Program-made: the position numbers and the translations under genes
Part shown: in pieces, positions 36,503 through 48,110 of the stretch
How the letters are laid out: every line of letters starts with the position of its first letter
Numbering within the stretch: position 1 is the first letter of the stretch
Notes under the pieces: model-generated
Seen by the model: the letters and a program-made list of their open reading frames with translations, nothing else
What the model was told of the DNA's origin: nothing
The model's database searches: none
Origin: Lingula anatina
Taxonomy: Eukaryota; Animalia; Brachiopoda
Assembly (NCBI GenBank): GCA_051362555.1
Contig: CM120642.1
Span: 14,446,001 to 14,510,000 of the forward strand
Direction of reading: 5' to 3'
Length of the DNA: 64,000 nucleotides

Positions 36503-39500
36503 ATGTCTGCTCTCAGGAAAGATTTGCTGAAAAGCAAATTACCTCCAATGCCACCCCCTGGAGTTGGGTAAGTACAGTGAAAAAACTCACGATGGTGTCT
36601 TTTATGCAAAGAAAAGCAATGATAGAAGTGTGCCTTACTGCAACTTTTTATTTTGACTTAACAAAAGCAATACTACTCGAAGTCTTTGAAAGGGGGGGGG
36701 GGGGGTTAAGCCACTGACTGCTACAAATTTGCGAATTGTTCAAACCAAAAATATACAGGTTTGTGAGGATAACAGAGGCTCAACAACAAATGAAGAAAAT
36801 ATTTCTGGGAATCAGAAAGGAAATGGTGTCATTATTTAGGTCATATTTTGAAATTGTTTTTTGTTTAAAAGGCAAGCTTTCACACTATTTACTTTTGTCA
36901 TTACAGTGGAATGAAGAGACCCCCTATTAGAAAGCGTGACTACACACCTTTATATTGGGACAAATACTTTGACAAGGAGGAAGATGTGAAAGTTGATGAG
37001 AAAAATATATCCTTGCTTATGCTATAAATACATGGCTGTGTTTAAACAATTTTATTAATGTTATATCAATGATATGGCTAAATGAATCGAACTAAATTTC
37101 ATCTTTGGTTTTACAGACTGCTTCCACTATCTGTTACTGTTCTGTATTTCATCTTAACTTAGACATACATATTCCGAGTATATACTAGTGGTAATGAAGG
37201 ACCAGTCGTGTTTCTGTTACATGGTGGAGGGCACTCAGCACTCTCTTGGGCAGTCTTTTCTGTGAGTATGGAAGTTTTTTTTCCTAGTGACATTTTTTAA
37301 ATGAGATTAAATGAACAAATTAAAAGAAATGTGATAAGAAAAAAAGACATTCACCAAAATACAGTCAGGTTGTGCTGGTGCTGTGTTTGCACTGTTTGAA
37401 TTTCCAGGGTGAATACTTTTTAATGCAAGAACGTGAAAAATCACTGTACTAGTACACAGTCATTACTCTCTATATCTTTTACTCAGTTCTTGCTGCATTA
37501 AACACAATTCCTTTATCATCTTACAGTCTATCATAACAAGGGAAATGGTATGCCGCTGTGCAGCTGTAGACCTCAGAGGACATGGTGAGTTGTTTGCTAT
37601 TTAAGTTTTGTGTCAGATTATAGGTAATATTATACCCAGGCTTATGAGTCTCTGGTAAATAACATCTAGTGGAATTATTACAATATTTAACTCATTTTCT
37701 TTGTAATAACCATATTTTATTTTTCCATGAGAGGTTTTCGAGCCTGATGTTTTAGAGCTGAAATAGCATGCTTCTATATTAAGGTCGAAAAATCAATTGC
37801 ATATAATCAAAAACAATTATATAGGCAAATAAAGACTCTCTTGTTAAAGCTGCCTTGTTTTATATTAAGCATTTTATCAATTTTCCAGGAGACTCCCAGA
37901 CTGCTGATGAGACAGACCTGTCTGCAGAGACTATGTCCACGTAAGGTTTTACTTCATCAGAGTTATAGAGTAAATAAGACAAGTATTTATATGCATTGAA
38001 CAAATCCTGTATGCACTGCCATTTTACTTCCATGTGGCATGCTTTTGGGGAATTTTCACTATTCTTGTTTGAAAGATATGTAACTGTTGAGATTTGTGTG
38101 AGGAGAAATACAGGATAGGAGAGCTTATAAGCTGCTAGGTTTTGTATAAGGGGAAATTAAGGGCAGGGTAGGTGCTGAGGGTAAGAGAAGTATAAGAGGA
38201 AATTCAGAAGTGGAAAGGTCAGGTTTTCCCTCTTCTCTTTCACCAGTCTTGTTTCCATCACTACATTTGTTCTCCTTCATCTTTTTTGCAGAGATGTTGG
38301 TAACATAATCCAGGCCATGTATGGAGATGACCCTCCTCCCATTATATTGATGGGTCACAGGTAAGAAACATAATATCAGTGTATGAAATGGCCGCCAGCC
38401 CGCCAGCCCGAGGCTGGTAACTTTCAGGCCGGGCAGGTAAGATTTACAAATTACCCGCCCGACGGGCTGGCTATTTTTACAGCCTATTTTCAACTTTTAT
38501 TTTGTCTATGTTCACAAGCGATTTCAGCAAAATATCAAATCAACTCACTGTTTTCACCCACTTTCATAGAAGCAAAGAACTAACCATATCTTGCAATCGA
38601 ACGCTCGTATCGAAATGTAACCAAATCTCCCTCTCAGTGGCCTCGTTTTTAAAGTTCCGTCTGTGTGATATGAAGTTGAAAGACAATTTGAAACGAGGCA
38701 CATTGTCCTTAACCAGCTTCAGTGCGCAGCAGATAACGTTACGTCATTGTTTTGTGTAGAGGAGATACCACGAATAGAAATTTGTAGGTTGAGAGTAATA
38801 AAAATGTGAAAGTATAACAAGTTATTATATTGATTAAATAGACTTACAGGTACATGAAGTGCTTATTATCAACAGTAATAAAGGCAACGGAGGCAAATTA
38901 AAGGAGAATTTTACAAAAAATTTGAATCCCAAAATTATGAGTGAACGTACGAGTTTACGCCATGTGTCAGATGTAGTTCTTTTCCCACGTGCTTTCATCT
39001 TGGGCTGTCAAAAATGAAAAAAATCTATCAAGTCCGATCGAGAAGTTCACAAAAGAAAAACAATTGAGGGAAGAAATGAAAATAAGAAAGATTACGACAG
39101 AACTAAACGAAAGAGAACAAATTTGGACCCATGGAAAGGTGACTTCGATTTGCAATGAGTCGAGCGGCAACATTTTTTGTAAAACCGTAACTCGATAGTA
39201 TCACGCATTGCGACCAAGCGCAAGCATCTCGATCCAATAACTCGCCCCATATAATATATTGTAGCCTCTATGTGATATAGCTATTCTCAATAAGAGATGC
39301 TTTCGAGATACGGGGCCCTGCAGGACTGTCTATGGGCCATTAGCGTGCAGGACCGTTCCCGACCGCTTTAAGCGATATTCAAAGGGACACTACGAGCTGA
39401 ATTCTTTCTTCTTTATTGTCAGCACAGAGATCGATTTATTTCACAAGAATATATATATGTATTTGGTCAAACTTGTTGCAATACAGAAAAGCAGAAATTA

Positions 39501-42500
39501 TGATTAAATGATATCACGAAATTGGAACAAAAGTTATGAATAAATTATTGAAGAAGAAATGAGACAGCCTGCTAGGTGAACATAAACTGAATTGACTACC
39601 TCCCCTCCCCCGCCCGCTAAAGGGCCCTGAAAATTTTTGGTATTTTAGATGGTGAATGGTGCCATTTGGTGTGGTTTAGAACTATGATTCAACTAGTGAA
39701 GTCTTATTTCAAGAGGGGAGTTTTTTTTTGCAGAAATTGAAAAGGGGGGGACGTCAGGATCCCCCTGACCTCCCTCTAAATCCAACACTGACAAGGTATC
39801 ATTCAGTAGAAATTCCAACCAATTTCTAAATTTCCACGCATAAGGCATGAAATTGCCCTTTCATTTCCAAATTACTCTCCCAAGAATACATTCTAGACCC
39901 CCTCAGCATACCTCTCTTAACTCTAGGGGTTATCATAACTAGGGCAGGTAACTACATGGCCGGGCTGGTAACTTTTCAGAGTTACCTGCCCGGCGGTCTG
40001 GCTAGTAATTTCCTTGAATTTCATACACTGATAATATGCTACACTGGGGTAGCGCTAGCAATTTTTTTCGTTTAGCCAAATCACTATTTTTTTGTTAATT
40101 TGTTATCAAAATGGTTATAATTTGACTAAAACAAGTCAAATCAAGCCCTTTTTCTTTAGCCAATTTAAGTAAGTTTTAGTATTTGGCTAAATTGGCGAGT
40201 GTTAGCGCTACCCCAGCTACACCTGTCTTTTTTATCAGTGATGTGTTTGTCTTCAGAGAGTGGTGTTTTAAAATTTAAGCCCAGAAACTTTATATTGACA
40301 TTGAGTGGATTACTTCCCTCACAATGAAAATATGATGTGAAGTTTGAAAAATATACATAACAGTTAATAAAAACTGAACAAAGTTGCCTTTTCTCATTGG
40401 TTTTATGTAGTGATTGTATGCATTATATATACTTCAGCATGGGAGGTGCTATAGCTGTACACACTGCACACAGAAACCTAGTACCATCACTCATAGGCCT
40501 GGTTGTTATAGATGTGGTAGAGGGGACAGCTCTAGAAGCTTTGTCCAGTATGCAGTCCTTCCTAAGGAGCAGGCCTAAAAGTTTTAAATCTCTGGAAGTG
40601 GCAATAGAATGGGCGTGAGTACAGCTGTGTACCCGTGTTGATGGTTCCTGTATTGAAATCTGTGTACCTTTGAATTATAGCAATATGATTTACCTGTTCA
40701 TATCAAGTGCACTTTAGATTTTACTGTGTCTTAAAAGTTGACAATTTTGCATATGTGTCATGTATGTCTTTCTTGATCTGCAATATGTGACTTCTAGAGA
40801 GAACAACTGTTAATAAGTACTCTAGTAATTAAGAACCTGATTAAAAAGATAAGTGAGCCCAAGTTTTTTTTTCATGTTATTGAATAGCAATTTAAAGTGT
40901 TCTAATTAAATTGTGAAACAAACTCTGCTCCAATTGTTCCAGGGTGAGAGCAGGCCAGATTCGTAATGTAGAATCAGCCAGGGTCTCTATGGTGGGACAG
41001 GTGAAAAGGTAAAGTGTGTTGGTGTATATATAAAGTGTAGATGATTACAAGTCCAAACTGTCTCACATTCATGTATAACTGACTCAAGAGTAAATTTGTC
41101 AATCTCCCTTACAAACAGTTGAATATGGCTAAAGGTAAAAAGGAAAGCTTCAACTTTTTTTACAATGTGTCTTTTATTTTGGTACAAAGTTTTGTCCTTT
41201 TGATCATGTAGGTTGCTTTGGCATTGTCATCCATTCATGTTGCATTGTCAGTTTTCATTTATTTCCCTTAAAATTTTTTGGAGATTAGAAACTTAATCAA
41301 TATTTTGGACTGAGATACATCTTCATTACAGAGCTGATACAAGTGAAACTGCCTCCTCAGAGTTGGAGCACCTTCATGAACAGCAGCTTACAAACAATGT
41401 TGTTAACTCAGATGCCATACTGGAAGAGGAGGAGGAAGAAGATGGGGAGAGCAATCAAGATATAAAGAAACAGAAATCCAATAACGGTGCCCAGTTCACA
41501 AAGCCAGAATCTAATGGGGTAACTATTATATTTTTTTATTGGTATTCAACAAGTGCTTTTAGTAAAAGATATAGTCAATATTTAGATGCTTTCATATTAA
41601 AAGATAATTTAATTGGTAAAGTCCTCTTATTAATTAATGATGGGTTCCATTTCTACATAGAGCCCAAGTTAATTGACCTCTCATTGAGGCAAGCCAGTTA
41701 GAAAGACCACAACATACATTGTATATAATACTTTGCAAAGAAGATTTGCTCTTTTGTTTGAATATTGTCATCTCTTACGAAAGCATCTGCTTGAAATTAT
41801 TATGGATTTTTCTTTACAGCCAATTGCACCACAATATACATGGAGAATAGATCTCACAAAGACAGATAAATTTTGGAAAGGTAGGGAGATATTTGCTCAA
41901 AATACAAAATCTAGCTTCTGTCATGCTGCTGTGACTAGCAGATTTTTCTTTTTTATCGCCAAACAGATATGGACTCTGAGATGCTTTGAGTTTAAATGCA
42001 ATACATAATTTTTATCTGAACTTGCATGCATATATCTATGTTTTCCAGGCTGGTTCCAAGGTCTTTCAAACCTATTCCTAGAGTGTAATGTGCCAAAGAT
42101 GCTACTGCTTGCAGGTAAGAAGCTTTCATTGTAAGTAATCAATAAGCAAGGCCTAGAGTTACAGTGGAGCATGCGAAATATGAATTAAAATCTTGGGTTT
42201 AAGACATTTTCACAGTAGACTGTAATAAAATAATTTTGATTTGATTTATGTGTTTTAATAATTTTTGATTAAGTTTTATTGACTGTATGTTACATAGGCA
42301 GAAATCTCACACACCCCTTTTCACACTGTAATGGCTTCGATAACATTTAATAGAAACAGATTTGCAATTGATTACAAAGTTTTTGAATCACTGCTATGAT
42401 ATTATTCAATATATGTTGTTTACCAAATTTAAAGATTTTACCTAATTATTCCTTGGTTCTATTTAATCAGTATTGTCATACAATGTTTTCAGGTGTCGAC

Positions 42501-42900
42501 CGTTTAGACAAAGATTTGACAATAGGGCAGATGCAAGGTAGGCAGTGGCCTTTATTGTTATCTATACCTTTTCCAAATTACACACCTTAGTCATAATTAT
42601 GAACTCCTAAATAGTAGTAGTTTTATGGCATCGCGTATGAGAGTTAGTTTCTCCTGTAAAAAATTCCATAAAATGTCTTATTTCAGGTAAATTTTGGATG
42701 CAGGTACTACCCCAGTGTGGGCATGCTGTGCATGAGGACTCCCCAGACAAAGTGGCTGATGCCATTGCCTCTTTTATGGACAGGAACAAATTTGCTGCAT
42801 ATAAAGAAGGCTTTAATAGGTGAGAAATGACTATTTATCAAATTTTTCAACAGTTTCAATGAAAAAAAGGTATATTGCTAAGAATGTTTTTGTCAGTCCA

Positions 42901-42944
<44 letters not shown>

Positions 42945-45900
42945 GTCTGTAAGTTTATTCAGCTGTCTGAAAGTGGAATGACTAGATCTTACAGAATTTA
43001 TTGGAGTGACTGTATAGTGGCCAGACAATTCTTAGTCAAAACTTCTCATAGGCTGCAAATGATTTTTATTACATTTGCTCCTTTAAGCTATATCCCTGTT
43101 TTAATAATGATTAGAAACAAGTGGTCAAATGGATATGTAAGGAAATGGGCTGCTTATCCCAGGAGAAATTACCAATTTTTGCTGTATGGCTCATAGCTCA
43201 TGTATTGAGGTTTTAATAAGAGGCTGTAATGTAATTCTTACCACATTAACTGTGACATATTGGTCTTTATAACTTTATGGCCAGTAATATGTGTTATGTT
43301 TAGATTCAGTGGCTCAGAAGCCATCACTGAATTGGTTTTTAACCTGTGCTGAATGCTGAACTAATGCTGTAAGGCTTTATGGCTCAACAAATAGTTGGCA
43401 CCTTCTCTCAGAGTATCATGGTAATAATTCCAAAATTTCAAATATCACAAATTTTTATCCTTCAAGAAAAAATGTTTTAGTTGTTGCTGAAAGCATACTT
43501 TCTGACTTGCATTCCTCTTTTTTTTTTCACGTAAATAATCTTTCTTAGATTTTGCTGGAAAAGCATTGTTTTGTAAAAAAATATATAATAATTTTTTCTT
43601 TCAAAGTTAGTGAGAAATATCTGTCAGTGGTGATATCAGAAAGCATTGTCTTAATGGTATAGTTCAGTACAAATTGATCATTTGTGTCTGATTGATGTTC
43701 TTAAGAAATAACCCAAATAGTGTGCATTATGGCTTTATAGTCCATGGATATTTTGCATTCTACAAAGTGTTAGATTATTGTTGTCTTAACCCAAAGTGAA
43801 CAAGATTATGGTCTTTATGTCTCCCTTTTTGTCATTTTCTTTGCTGTAAAGAAAAGGTGCTCTTCTTTGATTAAATTTTTGAAATCTGTCCTTGATATAG
43901 ATGTATTTGTTGTTCTGTTTTGTTAAGTTCCATTCAATCTTAAAAAGAAACAAATGTCAGTCGGTTACATAAGATGCAGATTAATCCATAAAAAGACAAA
44001 TGTTTGTGTCTCATCCTTTGAGGGTGGGAAATGTAACTTCTGTTTAAAACTCGTTTTAATAATGATGGAGAGTATAAAAATATGTGAAGTGTCAAACTCT
44101 TATGCTTAGTATCTTGAGAATAGCAGCTTTTTTTAAAGCTCCTGGTGCATCTCTTCACTTACATTTGCAAAGATAATATTTTTTATTTCTCTTTTTTATT
44201 CCTCTTTTTCTATGTTTGAATTTATTACCATGTCAAAACTGTAGCAGCTTGCCTTGCATTAAACCATACCTCCAATTGTTTGTAGATGGCAAAGATGAGT
44301 TTGTTTTATGCTTTGGAAGTGAGTAATCCCTATTCATCTTACACTACAGGGGTAATCAATAAAATGTTTGGCTGGAAAAAAGAACCTGCATGGTGTACCA
44401 GAAGTGCTGTTTTACTAGTCATGAGTGGATGACTAATGTATTGATTTAGTTATAATCCTAGAGAGCTGTAACATCTGAGTCTTTATACTTGATCAACAAA
44501 TTATATACTTTTGATATTACCTTAAGGTTAAGAGATGAATTAATGATTGCAAAATACAGCTTGAAATGGATTTTTATAGTATTTGTGATCCAGTTTGCCT
44601 ATTGCCTAAGCAGCTTTGTCATATTGTCTCATTGGAAAGACTGTATTGTGTGGGTCTTCCAAGTCATGTTTTGAATTTTGGCCAGTCCAAACTGCATTGA
44701 TTGAAGCCTCTAACCATCATGGGTTTCTGTGCATGATTGCAATTTTTGACACTGCTGATGATCATTTTTCTAAACACAGCAGAATGTGATTCATTTATTG
44801 GTTATCAGTCAATTTCTTGCTTCATTTTGATTAATGTACTGTCCCTTATGCTGTTAGTTAAATGTCTGCATCTGTTTTCACTGTCATATTGTTATGTTGA
44901 CCAAAGTCAACCTTGCAGACATATGGAAAACTTTGGAGGTATATTAGCCTATGTTTACACATTATACCATTTTATTTATTGCATAGATTTGGCTTGTTCA
45001 AAGGACCTGCATTATCAGAAATCTTGCTGGTCCTCTGGCTTTTCAGGGGGTCATGATTGGTCAGACTGGCAGTTTTCCCATGTCTGACATTGTATCCTTT
45101 CTATCACAGTATGTTGCACTTTTTGGATTTATTATGAATACACACTTTGCATGTCTGAAAACAATTGTTATTCACTGAAGGATGAAATGTATGATTCAGC
45201 TGAAGTATTTTGGCTGTATGACTAAAAACATAAATTATAACAGAATGAGGTCATGATATGATATGAAATAGAGGTTATGTCTCAAATTTATTTCAAGTCA
45301 AGTTGGTTTTTTCATTATAGTCCCAGTGATTGTACTGTTGCATTTGAAATAGGTTAATATTTCTGTCTGATTGGCAATTATAGAAAAGATCGGGGCTTAA
45401 CTTACATGGTTCAGGTCCAGGATATTAGTCAATGAACCATGGTAATCTCCTGTGGCTTCTGTGTGTCTTTTTGTGTGTATGTACATAGTGAACACACACA
45501 CATGCACACTGCATGCATGCACGCGCGCACACACACACACGCACACCACTAACAACTGATGATATATACTGCAAGGGAAACATTATATTATTTTTTCAAT
45601 TGAGCAGCATGCAGTAGGGCAAAACCCAACCATTTGCATCCAAAATCATGTGGAAGACCCTATTTAATACTTATTTATCATAAGTCATATGTTAATGTTT
45701 TCAAACTGGATAACTGTGACAGTTGGACTTAGTAATCATTACATGTGTTTATAAAGTTTGAAGCATGTTGATACCAAAAAAAAAGGGACTTGAGGTCCCA
45801 ACTGACTGGAGATGGATTTAGATATATATGCATGCTGAAGTTAATAACACAAATCAGTGGAATATAGGCCTTGTTAGATGTACAGATGTTATCTGTATTA

Positions 45901-46156
45901 TGTATTATTTACTTCAAAATATTCTGAATATATATGTGTCACAGTCTCCAATATTTAAATATGTACCACTAGTTATTTATAATGTACACATAATATATAA
46001 ATATATCTTCATTATTGATTAATTTAGCATATGTCATGGAACCAATAACTATATATTTTAATGAAATATTAAACATTTTACTGATGTATATGGTACCTTG
46101 GTAGTAAGATATGACTCTGACTATTGTTCCATTTCAGAACTTGGCCATGTTGCTGA
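36503..46156 (+). CDS. PPME1: Protein phosphatase methylesterase 1 (PME-1), 14 exons
   Basis: Exons 36503-36567 (MSALRK), 36907-37006, 37169-37261 (FRVY...LLHGGGHSALSWAVF), 37527-37584 (DLRGHG), 37889-37940, 38292-38360, 40438-40614 (GHS|MGGAIAVH...IDVVEGTA), 40943-41008, 41332-41518 (acidic loop), 41820-41880 (YTWRIDL), 42049-42114, 42493-42537 (GVDRLDKDLTIGQMQG), 42687-42819 (QVLPQCGHAVHED), 46138-46156 (TWPCC*; the last exon is less certain). Catalytic Ser, Asp and His motifs are present. Confidence 0.95.
37007..37168 (+). other. U12-type AT-AC intron of PPME1
   Basis: Donor AAT|ATATCCTT, branch TCTTAAC (37152-37158), acceptor TAC| about 11 nt after the branch A. Phase-0 join DEKN|IFRVY. 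Confidence 0.93.
38377..40030. mobile_element. Non-autonomous DNA transposon (1.65 kb), 13-bp TIR, 7-bp TSD
   Basis: ataatat|cagtgtatgaaat ... atttcatacactg|ataatat. GC-rich subterminal repeats (gggctggta, gggcaggta) at both ends. No transposase ORF. Confidence 0.88.
40045..40215. mobile_element. 171-bp MITE, 13-bp TIR, 7-bp TSD
   Basis: gctacac|tggggtagcgcta ... tagcgctacccca|gctacac, with internal ttagccaa/ttggctaa repeats. Confidence 0.9.
42907..42940. repeat. (TC)n microsatellite
   Basis: About 17 TC units. Confidence 0.95.
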
Positions 46157-48110
46157 TCCCCATTCCTCTGTGAACTCCAGCAGATAAACTGACATACTGG
46201 TTATGTACCAGAGACTGTTGTTATGACACAGCTGTGCTGTGTATGTGTTTGATACCAAAGGATGGAGGATGCACCTGGACAAGTGAACTTTGTGTCATTG
46301 ACACTATAAGACAGTGTACATGTAACAAATGGGGTGATCCTTGTAAAGTTTTTTTGTCAAAGCACCCAAAGACATTGTACACATGTTCACTTTATTGATG
46401 AAGTAAATGTTTGCACAGAAAAGCATTGAGCTTTTTGATGAAGAAAATGCACATGTGCAAAACCTGTAGGAAATAACAAACATGGTAAAAATACACTGTG
46501 TCAGAGACACCCAAAGTTGTTCAACACATGTATACATAATACCCCTTAAAGACATGCTTACATGGAAAGACTTAATACAGGTTGTCTGTTATTGTATAGA
46601 TATACTGTATCTTCAGGATGCAAAGTGCCAGGGAATGTGAGTGTAAAGTGACAGGATATGGAGAATGTTTTATATTACTTGATGGATAAGATAATAACAT
46701 GTGACTTACAGTTAGTTGTGTTGTTAACTCAGTGACTTCATGGAAAGATTAAACAAACAGGCCATTGTGACCTACTGTGACTTGTTTTTAGGACAATGAC
46801 TTCAGGGAAATCATCAACAATAGGGCTTTTGAGGGTTGTGTAGTTCACAGCAATTGACTACATCCACTTGCTGAGAACCAATCTGGTTGATTTTGACAGA
46901 GATCATAATAGAAGCAGGCATTTATTAATACATAAGTGATTGCTTAGTAGACCGCAAGATTTTGAGATGAAAACATGGATATGTTTGTTCATTACTGAGA
47001 ACTTATTTAAAGCTATGTATCTCAATAATAATAAAAATAATAATAATGATACCAGTTCCTGCTATAAAGAACACATTGCCAAGCATATTTATAACATAGA
47101 TGAACATAAAATGATTGAATCACATTTTTACCTCTCATTCACTTATAGAGCATCTCCTGTGATCCTCTGCCTCATATCTTTATTGATTAAGCCACACATC
47201 GCTCCTCTGCAGCTTTGGAAGGTGGTAAATACTAAGTTAAAACAAAATTTATTTCAAAATAAATGTTTGCTAGCAATGCCTGGAACTAATTATTTATAAG
47301 TTCTAAAATAGTTTAATTTGTCTTTGCTTAACTAAGGGTGATATATTTAAAATAAAATAGGGATAAGCAAGATGTTTGAAAATTTCAAGTTCATTTCAGC
47401 AGTTAATGTATCTGGCCATGTCAGCAACTTGGGATTGTTTCATGAATATGTTAACATAGGTCAAGTGAAGTTTGATATTGGTTGAATTGGTTATTGGAAA
47501 GATGTGAAGCAACGAGATTAGAACACTACCTCCCCCATTACATTTTTAAAAATGTGCTTTTCTTGTGTAAAACTTTTTATAATTGCTATGGTATTGCTTC
47601 AATTCTCCTGTCAGTCATCCACATACTGCTCGTGGAAATTGGATGCTAAATTGGAACATCAAGCAATATCTTCTATCTATGGATTTTTACAAGATTGAAT
47701 TGGATTGATGTACTATCATGGTTTATGTCAAGATCTTGTGATGGAAAATATTGTACTTAAAGGACAATCATCAAGATCTAAATAAAAAGTTGTAGTTTAG
47801 ATTGAGGTTCGGTGATTGAGAAGCAGTGTCCCCGTAAAACAGTTGAATTGTGTCATTTTACAAAAGAAAAGAGCGGGGAAATCTGATTGGCATCAGTATT
47901 TACTTTTTTGATTACTTTTGAGAGTTCTCCCATTTACCCATCAATTAACTGTTCTTACTTTAATGGCTACTTTTTGAAAAATGATTCTTGTTTCTGGTTA
48001 CCAGAATCGTTTTGAAAAAAAAAACGACACCAGACCAGAAAAAAAAAAAAAAAAAAAAAAAAGCATTTACTTCATTGCCCCCATAGAGTGGATTTGTTGT
48101 TTCCCTTTAC

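Noticed and set aside
37161-37162. In-frame AG as the acceptor of the PPME1 U12 intron
   Set aside because: Only about 5 nt from the branch A, too close. The AC at 37167-37168 has typical spacing.
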